Shown: positions 25,978 to 40,900 of the stretch, piece after piece
Position numbering within the stretch: the first letter of the stretch is position 1
How the letters are laid out: each line of letters begins with the position of its first letter
Assembly: GCA_043228905.1 (NCBI GenBank)
Contig: JBHGNT010000009.1
Span: 2,108,001 to 2,172,000 of the forward strand
Direction: 5' to 3'
Length of the DNA: 64,000 nucleotides
DNA from: Azolla caroliniana
Taxonomy: Eukaryota; Plantae; Polypodiophyta
The notes under the pieces: generated by a model
What the model was told of the DNA's origin: nothing
The model's database searches: none
Seen by the model: only the letters and a program-made list of their open reading frames with translations
Program-made: the position numbers and the translations under genes

Positions 25978-28900
25978 TTACGGTCCTTTCTTGACAATGT
26001 GATTTCCTCCGGTTGACAATTTGTACAAATAAAATAAAGCCATCACCCCACTGCAGTAAAAGATAGAATAAGTAAGCTTTAAAACTAAAATCATCCTCAA
26101 TAAAATGAGCACGAGAAGTTCAATAAATACAATCAGTTTACATACTGTCACGTAAGCATTGTGTTTATTTTTAGACAGAGATATATACACAAATTTTCAC
26201 AAGCAATTACTTGATTTTTTTATCTACATATGTGTATTTGTGATTTCATGTGGAGTCTTTAGTATATCTAGTCTATTCAACCATTTTCACATATGTTACA
26301 AATGATGATTATATTTTTAAAATGAAGGTCGAGGTTGAGAAAACATAGCAAACAAAGTGCAGATCGAGAACGACATGAACACACTGGTATACAATTTCAC
26401 TCACAGTATCTCTCTCATGGTAACCCTCTTCTGAGGTGAGAGGCCCTTATATACAATATCTCATGGTAACTCACAGTATCTCTGCAATATTCAATCTGAG
26501 GTGAGAGGCCCTTATATACAATTGTTTGTCCAGTGCATACATGACACTCCTAGAGTAATCTGAGTGTATACTTTATCATTATATTAGAAATGGTTTCCTT
26601 ATCATAACGACATACCAATAACTCTAAAAAAAAACGTTGTCGATTCAAATCTAGACAAACTTTTGTTTAATATATTTTATTTACACTTATTGAATATGGT
26701 CTAGTATGTTTAATTCAAAAACCCAACGGTAGCGATTATCTAATATTAGTCACATTGTTGATCAACAATATGGTTTTGCTGCAATAGTGCTTATAAATTC
26801 TCTTGAGATTCCAGTCTCCCATCTCTATCCTGAATGCATTTTTGCTTCATGGTGTATTTATACTTGGGCCCTAGGAAAGTAATCCTCAATTCCCTCCAAA
26901 CAAGGCACAGATTCAAATTTCCCTCACTCTAATTTGAAGGTACAATTCCGGAACCAAACTCACGTTCTCATAAAATTTAAGGAAAAAACACAAAATACCA
27001 TTAACTTGTTGGTTTATTTACCAAAAACACCTTGCTACAGAGGGGTATGATGAGTGATTTGATATACGCCTAAATAGATAGGACTAAATTTCTGTTTTTC
27101 CCTAGAATTAAACCTATTTTCAGTGATTTTGATAGTATGTCATATATGATTGTAAGATTCGGGTTTTCACATTGACAACCTGTGCTTTAACTGAATAATT
27201 CTTCATGTATAGCAATACAAGAACAAGAACCAACCTGATACCAGCCACTATCCCTGCAGGCATTATCTTTCCAGTATCTAGATATCGTTGTCCCATCACC
27301 AAAGTCAGCACAACTGAAATAACTGTAGTAGAAAAGATGCAATATCAGCCATACATCACATTCAATGTGTGAAACCTATATTCATTCATGCAAGTTAAAG
27401 GTAGATGGGCCATATGTCATGTTACAAGACAACAAGAGGATGATCACCAATTCAAAGAAAGGACATTTCATGCATATTGCACCATGTATACTTTGCATTA
27501 AGGCACATGCATTACACTAAATGAGGTACTAGTCTTTAAATTTGTGATCAATTTTCTCTACAATTGTATCAACATTTACAAAGAGAAGAAAGCATAATGA
27601 CACAAGTTCATGATCTGGCATGGTAAGGCTCAGAACATTTTACAACAGAAGAAATACATGATGGAGTTATATATTGAATATGAACCAAACCACATCTTGA
27701 GGATATTGACCAATCCAATAATAAAAGGATAGCATACGGAATTGAACGGTTTCATGAGTTTTAGGCTTCCTGGGTTTGGAATCTTGAACTTACATTCCGT
27801 TTCATTTCAGCAAATGCAAAATGTTTACGTAACACGTGATGCATATTAAGATAATTGGATTTTGATGATAATATCATTAATATTGTCATTAAAATTAAGA
27901 TAAAAATGAAATGATATAATATCATCCTCAAAAGACACAACATCTTTGTTTTCTCTCAATATACATAATGCGTATCAAGTAAAAATGAATTATATTATAT
28001 TCAGAAACAACAAAGATAAAAATAAAATGATATAATATCGTTCTCAAAATATCAAAATGGCCTATGAGACTAAAGAAATTACAATCAGGTGAAGTACTGT
28101 CTAATAACAAGGAAAAATGAAGAGAGAAAATGAATTCTACCAATGGTATATAGAAAGGGAATGGAATGGATAACACATCAATAATGGATCGTAAATTGAG
28201 TGAGGCCAGTAGTACCACTAATAAAAATACGAAGGTTATTCATCCCATTAGATCCCTCATTTGCCTCTCTACAACGCGAGAGAGAGACGATGAGAGAGAG
28301 AGAGAGAGAGAGCGTAGTATACTCTCAATTTATGCCAAACTGTTTCATAGAAAGAACTGAAACGAGAGAATTATTAATGGCAGCAGTTCTAATTGAAAGA
28401 AAATCCAGAACTTTGAACAAATCAAATTAACAAAGACTTGTGAGCTTTACAGAACTAATTTATAAGATATCAATCTTGCCATACAGTTCCACTGAAAGAA
28501 TTGAAGGAGATGATGAGAATAGATATCACTGCAAGACATCAGTTCAGCAAGATATCTCGAAGAGTAACAATATCAAACCTTGACGAAATTGAACAGCAGA
28601 AAAACGAACAAGATTAATGGACTGTGTAGAATATTGAAGTTTATGTGATCGTAATCAGAAAGAATTGAAAGGAGAAAAATGTTAGCAGCAAATAAAAAGA
28701 GAATAGGTCTAAAGATTGTTTACATAAGAGAAATGGCTAAGGAAAGAGAAGGTTAACTGTTTGGAGAATCAAATCATAGAATCTAATCTCAATTTTACCA
28801 AGCAGTGCATGAATCCATATAGTTCCATAGAACAATTTGAAAGAAATAATGATTAATTCTGATGCAATCATCGAGTGTAAGAATCAGTTTCATGACTCTT

Positions 28901-29818
28901 TTACAAGCAAGGGAAACACTGCAAGCTGATTAAACTCAAGAAAACTGGCCAGATCAAATCTAAGAAACATGAAAAGGAGTTCAACGGAGACAATGCCTAA
29001 AGACTGTTTATGAGAGAGAAATGAAAAGAGAATCCGTTAGGAGAGAAGCATTGAAAGAAAATCCAATTTTTGTTGATAAATGAGAAAAAAAAAGCTCTAG
29101 ATCATATGCTTAAAAAAGGATCTGCTTAATGACCTAAGCTTACATACGGTTTTATAAACAAGAGAAGGAAAAGGGATGAAAATAAAATTCTGGGTGTTTC
29201 AAGCAAGATTTTTTTTATTGCAACGAATTAACGAAAGCTATGATTAGAAATTGATTTACCACATCAACCTACACAAACTGGTTCATTGAAGGAGACGGTG
29301 CTTTAAAATATGTTTACAAACGGGAAAAGAAAAGTAAGAAAAAGAAAAGTGAAAGGAAAAAATCTCCATCTTTCTGAAAAAACAGTCAAGATCAGATAAA
29401 ATGAAGCTTTTTGATGCAATCGCAATAAAAAATACGAAGAAATCTAAAGACATAGAGAAATCTTAAATGTTTGAAGCAAACAATCCGAGGAAAGAAATAA
29501 TCCTTAAATTCTATTACTAGACGAGAAATAGAAAGGCTACGTGCTTGAAGGAACGAAGAGGGTAGGAGATGGTGCATAAATTCAATCAACAAATGAGAAA
29601 GGCAAAGAGAAAACGCCACCTGTTTGAAGAAACAAAGCGAGGAAAGAGTTGGATCCTTTATAGAAAGCTTGAAGACTGAGGTATCCGGTGAATAAAAGCA
29701 GAGATCCTGAGATGCCTCCTCCGAGGAGAGACGGAAAGCTTCGTTTGAGAAGGAAACCTAGAAGGCCTCCTGCAAGAACAAGGGCGCCATAAGGGAACGT
29801 GAAGCAGAAATCGTGCAT
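25978..29818 (-). CDS. FAX5: TMEM14-family membrane protein, FATTY ACID EXPORT 5/6-like (119 aa, 3 exons)
   Basis: Exons 29818-29620, 27322-27235 and 26050-25978, with GT-AG introns and consistent phases (360 nt). Protein MHDFCFTFPYGALVLAGG...LQTVISVVLTLVMGQRYLDTGKIMPAGIVAGISGVMALFYLYKLSTGGNHIVKKGP matches FAX5/FAX6; no transit peptide. Confidence 0.93.
26333..26612 (-). mobile_element. Possible small solo-LTR relic in FAX intron 2
   Basis: Minus strand starts TGTCG and carries a duplicated TATATAAGGGCCTCTCACCTCAG TATA block and a duplicated gagatactgtgag. No TSD found. Confidence 0.3.
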
Positions 29819-31963
29819 AGTTTCTCTCGTCTGCTTCCTCCTCCTCCTCTTTCTCTTTTCTTTTTCGTAAATTCTTCTTCTTCTTCTTCTTCTTCTTCTT
29901 CTTCTTCTCTATGTCTCTTTTTCGGAATGTGAAGAGAAGAAGAAGACGAAGAAGAAGAGGAAAAGATGGAGACGAAAGACTTTTGCGTTTTGCTTTTTGC
30001 CTTTTGCTTTTTGCCTTTTGCCCATTTCACCCATTGACATACATTTTTTAATTCAATAGCATGTGCTTTCCACACACTTTCGATCATGTTGACATTCTCT
30101 TCACCAATGCCCAATGCCTACATACGTGCATTCTTAATTAACACCTTGGGCTTGTTCCCATGATGTGGATCCAAAACAACCTGCCCGTGAGTTGGGCCCA
30201 TCTACAATTGTGATATCATTGCACCATAGAATCAAGAAGAAGCACCCCACCTTGTTTCCAGAGTTTTGTGTTAGGGGTTGCATGCACAACTTCAGAATCG
30301 AGATGTCTGTACCAAACTACAATTCTAATCCAAACACATCTGACTTGATCGATGAGATTCGAAACAGATTTAATCATCGAGATTTGATATGGCAAATGTA
30401 CATAAGAATTGACAACCCTACAATTATATGATTAATCCATCGTCTCCGAACAAATCGTGCTCTATAAGGAACAGTTTGATGTCCATGTGAACGAGTCTGC
30501 CCAAGTTTAAGCAATGGGATTGTTACCATGCCAATTAATACAATGCCTCATGTACCCTTATGTAGAGCAATATTAACTTTACTTCTTATGAATACACAGT
30601 GATGGAATCCCCATTGCTTGGGTTAAAGATTGTCAGTTCTCCCTCTCTTTACATGGGATATAAAACGTCCTTGCCCATGCTAAAAGAAATGAAGGTAGAA
30701 TTTTTATTCTAATTCTACCATAGCAAGGTACATTGTTATTGATAACATTATGTTGATTTTCTTTTCTCTTGGTATGCTTTGAGTTGATCTCTGGATCAAC
30801 AATTTTCTTTTGTCTTCCATTGTTTGGACATTCAAGAACATGCACGTTAAACCATGATGAAAGCTATGGGCAAGAGATATATCTACATCTACCTGCACAA
30901 GGTCATGTTGAAAAGGAGAGCACACTCAATTGCATTGTGGAACTTGAGGGACTTGCATGCACACTCAATACTTCTATGAGAGAAAAGTAGTAGGATAAAA
31001 AAGAATCATTCATCTGTTGTAAGTGTTTGCTATCCCTAACGAGAAAACTACTAAATATCTATATTCGAAGCACGCACAACCCAAAAAACTAAAAATTATT
31101 GTATAAATAGTATCAACGTGATGGAGCAAATGCAAGTTTGCAAGGTGCCATAAATAAGTTTTATCTCAAGGTTATATACCATACTGGTATGCCATGTTTT
31201 TATTCGCCCATTGACTCACGATTAGCATATGACCTCGTACACAAGACTAAGTGAAGCTCTCTATATGCTTTTTTATTGTTAATCATCATACTAGCAAAAC
31301 TTTATTAACAATTTTTCTCTAACCAATGTCACGTCATCAACTGAAACCAACTCGTCCACATCTTTGTGATGTTTTATTCCTTCTTTGCAATTAATCATGA
31401 AAATAAAAATAAATATTTGAATAAAGCATTCCCCAAGTATTAATACTTGGATACACAAACCAAAGATACATGTGTATCTAAATATGTGTGAAGAGAGAGG
31501 TTGCATGAACAATCATGCATATTACTATGCAATATGACATGATATAGGAGTCGTAAACCATTAACATTTTTGCCTTTTCGTATAGAATAATGAATACACT
31601 GCTGGGTTAAATCTGTTTTACAGAATGAGATTAGTCCATGGTCAAGAGCTTATTGTACATCTTTAAGTTGTAACCATTGAATATAGAATCAATGAATAAC
31701 AATGCTGCCAAAGAATAATCTTTCATTGACGTCGTCAAAATATGACGGAGAATATATTTCTCTTGATTTTCTATCCACGTCTGTTCACGACTGGCTCTTC
31801 TTCAATATAGTCCATAGCCAAATCTTGTTTGTTTCTGTCACTTGAAAACATCTCTACATGGCATTCATTCTTGGTTAAATCTTTAAAAAAGTGACATTTC
31901 TTTGGGTATATGCAAAAATATCCCATTAGGCATTTCTCTTTTACTCTTCTTGTGACATGTTTT

Positions 31964-34900
31964 CTATGGTGCTGTTTCCCATAACCCACAATATCCAGAG
32001 AAACTGCAAGTTCTCCGTTTGCAAGATGATGCATCAATTCCACAATCTCGACTAGATTTACACTTGTGATCTGCTGTTTGGTCCAAAACATGGCAAGCAC
32101 TCTCAACCATCAGAGTTTCATCCTGAAGGGATAGAAATCCTCTGAAGTTTGGGCACACCTTCAATTGCATAGCACTACCACATCTCTCTCCCACTTTTCC
32201 TGGTTCTTTCTGTGGATTTTTTTAAAAACAATTAGCTTGGTGTGGGCTTCATTGATTAAGCATTTGAATATTTTTAGATTATTATTTGGGGAATTGAAAG
32301 AGAGAGAGTGAGAGAGACTCTCTCTCTCTAATATTAACCTGATTCAAACCATGCATCAGAGGAAATGGCGACAAAAGAACAGAAAGAAGAATAATGATAC
32401 ACATTTGATGAAGTGGCTCAACATCTATGGCTTTGACATCGAGGACTTTTGCCACTGGTCAGATATCCTACACCTCTCTAACATGATGACAGGAGCTGGA
32501 AAGATCTACGGCAACTGTATACCCAGAAAACGTGGATCACACCAACAGAGCCTCTTCCCACAGATCATTTCATGACCTTGTCACATAAAAAAACCGAGGT
32601 AATTGCATGTCTACATACCCCATAGCCCAACAAAGCAATAGGCCAACTCAGAGTTTCTTCCGACCAGCTAGAAATTGAAGCAGGATGTGCACATTGCATA
32701 CCTATAATGCAAAGACTTTGCGAGTTCTGTGAAGCGGAGGTTGAGGGTGAGGAACGTTGTGTGCAGATGCCTAGCTTCCAAGCACATCCGACAGAAGAAT
32801 GTCACCTTTGAAGACCACAAGATTTTAAAAATGATGGAGAAGGCTGACACAAGGAACGTTGGATAAAGTTTGCTCAAGCTTCAAAAGTATAGGGAATCAA
32901 CCCTTATATCACATCTCCACTGAAAACGTGTGGTTTAGTCACCATGGAACGAGTAGAAGAATGCTAACAGAGACCATACATACCAAGATTCAAGAATGAG
33001 TAATAGAAGCACCAAATCATGAAGATCATTGTTTCAAATGAATGATCAACTAAATGAAATTTGTCATCACTGAAAGAACTTAGTAGGCCTTGACGAACCA
33101 AGGTGAGTGAATGAGTAGATTTCATTATCATATGAGAGTTCATAGAAGTTTAGCCGCAAATCTAGGGTTTCATGGTTTTGGAACATCATATTATTAAAGT
33201 GAGCACTTCAGCCAATTAGACAATGTGAACTGCTTAAAAATGTACACGCAGGCAGACCAAAAGCAAAAAGACCAATGTATAATGCTTGTACAAGCAAAAT
33301 ATCACTAGAAAGCTTCAGAGGAGCTCCTGGGAGAAAAATGTCAAAGTGTAAATGAGGAGATTCCTGGGTGTGTTGAAGTCCCCAACAACCACCCACTTAA
33401 AAGGCCCAAGGAGGCTCTTTTAAGGTACGTAACTTCGATTCCCTCTACGTAATCTTGATATTGTCCATAGTGGAGGCTCTTCATAAGAACATCTACAAGA
33501 GTCTGATGTTTTGACCTTGATTGACAAGATCAGACCAACTTGAAGTATCTCCCAAATGAAATGGTCCTCACATCAATGTGTTTTGTGTGGGCATGAAACA
33601 TGGCATTGTTAGTCAGACATATGCAGGCACTCTGGCTATGACAACCAAATGTTCTCTTAGGCATACTATACTGACTGCGCTGGTCCCTCCGGATGGGATA
33701 TGCAAGAAAGCTGGAGCTGGATACAGGATATCAGCCGGATCGACCAGTAGTCGATCGGCTAAGGCATCAGCCACAAGCTGATCAGTCCAAACAAGAGCTG
33801 GATATGCGAATCGGATGAAGGCTGGCAGAGAGCCGAATGACGGTTAGGCCGTAGCCAATTGGAGGCTACATTTATAAATAGCCCATACTTGTGTATTAGT
33901 ATAAATACACCTAGGGCTAACATATTGTATATGTAGATCAGAGTTGTAATCATTGTGTGCCTAGTGACTCGTGAGAGTGAGAGTGAGAGTGAGAGTGTGT
34001 GTGTGTGTGTGTGTGTGTATCAGTCTGTAAGACCAAGACGAGCTTGAGGTCGTTGCCTGTGAGTCTCTTGTATACTCATCCTCATAGTGATTCTGTTTGG
34101 AGTCTGTGGGCTCCTGTGGTTTTTCCCCATTCAGGGTTCCCACGTTAAAATCTCGTGTTCTGGTATCTGTGCTTCTCTGTCTCCCGTTTTTCTTTCGTGT
34201 CTTGTCTCTCTCATTTCGCTTGCTAGCCGGTTGTGGCCGGTCCCACATTCGCATCACATAAGCATGCTAACCAAGTGGCTTCTTTGGAAATCTCAATAGC
34301 TGAACCTACTCTCTGAAGTCTAAAGCACCATGAGCCATTAGTGATCAAGATCTTCATAGAAAATGCAGCATTCAGCTGCTGTTTTAGAATTTAAGGTGCT
34401 CATGACTAAAGCAAAAAAGAATTAGAGTGATGTGAACTGGAAAAACAGACCAGCCAATTGTGCCATCTGGGAATAGAATTTGAAGACGGCTATTTTATGA
34501 AATAAGAGAAACATACCACTGCCTCTTCAAACAAGGCTTTCTTGTACGATATTCTAATAAGAGTTCACATCAAGGAATATGTGAGTCTCAACCGAGTGAA
34601 TCCTAGTCTTCATAGAAGATTATATCCCTTTGAGCTGATCAACTGAGTTTCAAACAATCTCAATATTATTGATTAGTGTTGTCATACCAACCACAACACC
34701 ACAACACCACACAAATTCCTGTGATTGGTTAGCTTGCAATCCCAGATATCTTGCTCTCCTACCCATACGATTTGGACATCTTTCATCTCCTTTAAGTAAC
34801 TCCTCCAAAACTGAATTGGCAATCCTCATCTCAGCAGAATCCTTCTAGACACCTGATTCAGTTGTTGGTAAAACTCCAATAGTATTAGGGCCCAATCCAT

Positions 34901-37900
34901 TTCACAAATGTCCCCAAACAATTGTCTCCTTTTCTCGAAGTGTTAGCATGCCCACTTCACCCCATCCAAATTCCCCCCAAGGCCATTAGTGATATTTTCT
35001 TATTCTAGAAGACTCTCCAAATCCATTCAATCTTTTAGATCCACCACCTTTAGGAAGAGTAGAAATTTGTCTGGTCTGAGCGGTGCTTGGCTGCGCACTA
35101 GAAGTCAGCCAAATCTTCCGTCAAAATTGCCAAACACTGCCAAAATAGACATCATTTTCCCATTTGATTCCATCCATTCAATGAAATCACACATCATCCT
35201 CACCATATTGTTGACGAAAACTCATCACACAGCACCCCCTCAAACTCCACCACATAAGCCTCCAAAATTTCTTGCTTTGATTGAGCAGTGGCAGTGAGTT
35301 TGCAAAGCCAGATTGAGGGTTTGCAGAACTCCAATTTGAGAAGGTTTGCAACTTCTCAATCTGTCTTCGCAATTCACCACCACTACTACTCAATCAAAGC
35401 AAGAAATTTTGCTTGTTTTCCAGGCTTGGTTTCAGGAGATTCGCAACTCCTCAATCAGGCTTAGCAAACTAACCACCAATACTTAATCAAAGCAGGAAAT
35501 TTAATTGCTTCCCAGGCTTTTTTGTTGTGTCTCCTTCTTGCAGATTTTGAAGAACTGGGTAATATTCCTCCCATCAAACTGGGAGGACAAAAATGTTTTA
35601 AAGTCATTTTTTATAAGCAAAATTAAACAGATGGTGTTTGGCACCATGCAAGCATGGGTAGTGAGATCAAAACTGGAATTCTACACGATCCTACACATAT
35701 CTAGAAGTTAACATTCACACAGTTTTAGTTCTCCCTGCGGAAGGCTGCATGTGCTCAACTTTCTTCTGGATATGCTGCCTTTGTTGCCCTTTGAAAGACA
35801 ATGCACATGTTCACAAATCCAAGAACCATGAACTAAACTGTGGTTCTTTGTATGGATTCTTCAAAGAGGAGAAAATTTGAGGACTGAGCTTTCACAGGGC
35901 ATATATAATTGGACACATTTAGAGAGACCTTTAGTCTCGATAATTTCCCACATGATAAGGAGCAAAGCCAATAGTGACCAAGGCATCATTTTGATTAGTG
36001 ACCAGTATCCAACTTAAGACCACCACTAGAATCATCACACCAGATTTGTGAACATGGAGATAATCATTGTTGGCAGGCTGAAAAGCAAGAATGGTTCCAA
36101 TATAGCTTGGATTGTCCATACATGAACATGACCAAAGTGGAAAAGAATAGAGTGATCCAAACTGATCACTAAAGTGGATAATGAATGAGCATCGATCAGC
36201 CCCGTAGCATCACTTGGTACGAAGCTGGCCAATTGTAAGGAACTACTTTTTACATACTATGCAAGGTAATGGAACTTGTGAACCAATAATGCATAGGGCT
36301 GTTCTTGCTAGAACTCATGAGATACAGGGAAAAGTTGTTGAAGGACAACAATACATCCATGCAAGCTCATCAACAAAGAACAATCACAACTTTCTTTAGA
36401 CTTGACACTCCTCATGCTACAAGTCAATCAAAGGCTACACAAATGGGCTCCCCACTAGGACATTGCAAAGGGATTACAATCGATCGAGCAACAGCAATTT
36501 GTCATGCACATAGGCACCGACCTTGTGGATCACAATCTCAGCACCCTTTTCATCGAAAAATAATGGCCATTATCTCCCCCCATTGTAGGTGTTTCACTTG
36601 CTTCAATTATCCCTCCATTTTGGATCAACTTATGCTAGAGATCTTTCAAAGAAAAAAAATTATCTATCTGATTTGAGAGTCTTACATGTTTCAATAATGA
36701 GATTCTTTGGTCCTTTTTTATTTTCTTTTTTACTTAGATGCATATATTTTGGTTTATCTCAAAGATGAGACTAACATTTTAAGATGTAATCTCTGGTTTG
36801 GTGCTATAGGCCATTTTGGCCTCTGAAAAAAAAGTTAATATATCTTTCCTTCTCCCCACAAATTCAAGAAAACTTGCAAAAGTTTTAAAGTCAATGGGTA
36901 ATTTGTCAATACCATAAGAAATGCAGAATATCATGGACGTATTTTATGAATTATTTCAAGTTAAAGCATTTCGGTATTGTAATTATATTGGTTGTTAAAT
37001 ATGGTTTTCATTGCTTACCTTTGGTGACAAATCATAATTTATGGGATCAAAAGGAACCCATTGTTGCCAAGATCTTTGAACGGGTAGGGGATGTCCTTCA
37101 GTGCTGAAGACATAATTCCGATCCAATAGAAAGCTATCGTCAAAGAGTAAATATAAATACTTGCACCTGAAAAAATATATAATCAGCTATATCAGATTTG
37201 TGGTCCAAGTCTCACATTAAACCTCTCTTCTTGTTTCAAGCATTTTACTTAAAATAAGAATCTAGATCAAGCCGTCATTTTTGTTTCATTAGTTGCTTTG
37301 ACGAGTTAATGAAGCAGTACTAATCTTTGTAGGCTTCATCTGGTCTTCCAGAAAGTGTTTTCTTTTTCTTTTTTTTGAGGCATGATTGCAAGTTTCCGAT
37401 CAATCTTCTGCTAAAATGTTAACAGAAACTATTGATTTACTCAATGGCCAAGAAAAAGTCCAGAAATATTTTGAACACGTGAAGGTAACAGTATCATTAT
37501 ATGTACTTCAGACAGTGCAAAAACGAAACACCAACAGACAGACTAACAAAGACTCTAAATCAAAAATATATTTCTGTTTTGTTATCCACTTTTATAAGTA
37601 GTCTTTCTGAGATGTTTTATATATCTTTGTTTCTTTATCTATCTCTGTTTCTTTCTTTCAAAACACAACTTACATCTTTCAACGCACAACTGTAAGTTTC
37701 TGATAAATTGCCAACTACAATCTTATGACAAACTAAATAGTGATGGTAGACAAAAAGTCCAAGGAAATATTTTTAGTAAATACAATGTAAAGGTATTATC
37801 ATATGTACATAGCACCAAAAACATATATCTAGGCAGATTAATTTACTAAAAATCCAGGCCTATGATGAATTATATTACTGTATTATTATAGATTTAAGTG

Positions 37901-40900
37901 GTTCATGTCCTATTAAAACACGCATTATTGCATCAAACTGCCCTCACGTCTCAGAAAGAAAGAAACTATGTTGATGATCTTCCAATTCCATTGTCGTTAC
38001 ATCTCGAACACTTGCATAGCCCCCAGAAACCCGAGTTAAAGCGTTTAAGGAAGCAAGAAGCCTTTCACCAACATCCAGATACCAAGGATCTACATAATAG
38101 TGGAAATAAACAAGTAAAATTCAATGAATGATTTTTATTATGCTGTCACTCACATTCATAAGATAACATAAACAATTGTGATCTTTGTCCAGTCTTATAG
38201 GCCATTATGGTCTTTTAGAGACATTAATATATCTTTCTTTCTTTACCACAATAAGTGAAATTCCCAAAAAGAGATTGATTATGATTTTACAATTCGCATT
38301 CCAGATGCTGAGGTCAAGACAAACCTTTTGTGGCTTGATAGAGGTAAAATGTTGATTCTGCTAATTCAGGCCGCAAGGGATAGTACCTCTCGGTTGGATG
38401 GATCATGCCTCTATCCAATAAATATCTGAAGAAAAAAAGAAAATGAGAAACCTCCACTAATAATGTACAAACAATAGCATTATAATAACAATGGCATACC
38501 TCTCAGGCATCACACCATATTTTTCCCAGACACCAAAGAACTCGCGATGTGTTGCATTTGCAGCTGCAATATCACCAATAAGAACCTGTATGTAAGAAGA
38601 TTTAGTGAAAAAATGTCCACATCTGGAGAATAATAGTAATATTACGTCCATAAGATTTGAATGAGAAACATGCTCACAAACCATGTAAGAGCAAAACCAA
38701 CATGATATACCTCACCTGTACACCAGGCCAAAATGCTTGGAGACTCGTGAGCTGCCAATATGTTGCTGTTCCAGTTCTCATGTCAGATTCATGGTACCTA
38801 CAATAGGTTCCAAAAAAGAATTAGGGACGTAAAATAGGATGTCTAGAACATTTGACCACGACATGAAGAAAACAAATTACGTATACATACCATGGGCCAT
38901 ATCTAAAGTACTTCTGGACAGCAATATAAGCACATTGAAACATATCCCAGTATTCATCGCCTCCGAAGAGAATATGAGCTTTAAGAAGATACTCATAAAA
39001 CGAATCTACACCTGGTGTCATCATCATCAGAAATGTCTCTATATATATTTATACAAATGAAAGCAGCAGCTCTGAAATACCCCAGAGTTTTTCTATATTT
39101 CCTAAAATGCTCTTGAGTTTCAGTTATTTATCAAAATGCTCCACAGAGAGAAAGGGGGATGAATTGACCATATAACTGCTATGGGGATGATTAACAATAT
39201 ATTTTCTCAATTAGTATACGTAATTGCTCGAGAGGGAATTTGACCAAGGGCATGTATGGAAACAATAAAAGCTCAGTGGCATAATAAGATAAAAATCATT
39301 TCCTACCAGCACCGATGCCAGTTGAATGTTCAATCCATTTTCCAGTTGCAACATTCAAAGTTGTTCCAAAGAGATTTAATGGGCTGCGCAAACTCCAGAG
39401 TTTGCGTAAAGCTCGAAGTGCAGCAGCTTCAAATTGTGGATCTCCCGTTAAGCGAGATAGTGCACCCATCTCAAGTATCAATGAACCTGTTTAGAAGTTT
39501 TATATTTAGTGCCCTCAAAAAGACCCCAAAACACAATTACAATAAATGAATGTGTGTCTTCATTATTCAATACCACATCCTGATGTGCTTGTTTCCAATG
39601 TCTCATCCTTCATGACTCCATTCTGTAAGACACAAGAATTGATACAACAGTATTATAGAATGCATACATTTACTATAAATACCCCTCCTATTTATAGCAT
39701 TTTCCAAACTGCATCTCATGTTTTCCAATTTCAGAAAACGCCTCACTTTGATGAATTTCAGCAAATACCCCTCTCTGAAAATTCTCTCAACAGTCTCTAT
39801 CTCTACATTTGCTTTTTTAGTTTTCTTTTGTTATTCACATTAATGAGTTTAACATAAAATGTTGTAACCTTTGTCAGGTCGCAAAGGCCATTACCATCTT
39901 TTAGGAATGTTGATGTTCCTTTTTACTGTTTCTCTCTAAAGCTCTTTAAATCATTTTCAACAAATTTACTCACCTTTTCGCACTCTGCAATTTAACTCTC
40001 AAACTTCCAAAGCAAATTGGAGAGAGAAACATCCATCCACAGAGACCAGGGTATTTTGGCAAAGTTCTCCAAAATATGAAATCTGGGAATGTAACATAAT
40101 ACCTTTAAGTTAATCCAAGCATAGGGTATGCCAGTAGGTGTATCAAATGAAGGCATCAACCGCCGTCCTAAATCGTAGGCCAGCTGAAGAAGTTGATTTT
40201 TATAACCTCCCGGAATGAGATCCCCATAATGATCTAAAGCAAGCAAGTGTCCTGATATGAGACCCCCAAGCATCCTTATATTGCACTACAAAAGTCATGC
40301 CCAAAGATGTTCACATGCTTAATTATAAAAACATATTTCAATTTCTACCAACATCCATATAAATCATGATTAATCTATATATTCATACATATACATATAT
40401 ATGGCTAGTGCTTTTACCTCGAAAAGATTGACACGAATATCCAAGTCAAATGAAAGGTTTTCTGCTAACCATACCACTGCCTTTACAAACTCCGTCTTGT
40501 TTCCCAAAACAGCTAAACTAGCATACACATGTTTTTGCTCTTGTCAGCTCATTAGAAATTTGAGTTATACTGTCCCTTATATGACTGACGCATGGATCTG
40601 TACTGTTATCTACACTATTACATAGTCACCTACAAGTTACAACATGCATGACTTATCCATCCTTACTGATCCTGAATTAACGGTCAAAAGCTTTCACATC
40701 AAAGGTAGTATAAAGACTAAGGAGAACATTGAAAGGAGCTGAGAAAATATAAGCCATGAACCATATTGTCATCACATCAAATTCCAAGAGGATTTAAAGG
40801 TTAATAATCTATTGTTTAATCAAGAGAATTGCATAATTAGGATTTGCATTGCAAATATAGTACCTGGACAATGATTCAACTAAAGTAAGAGCTGTGCCCG

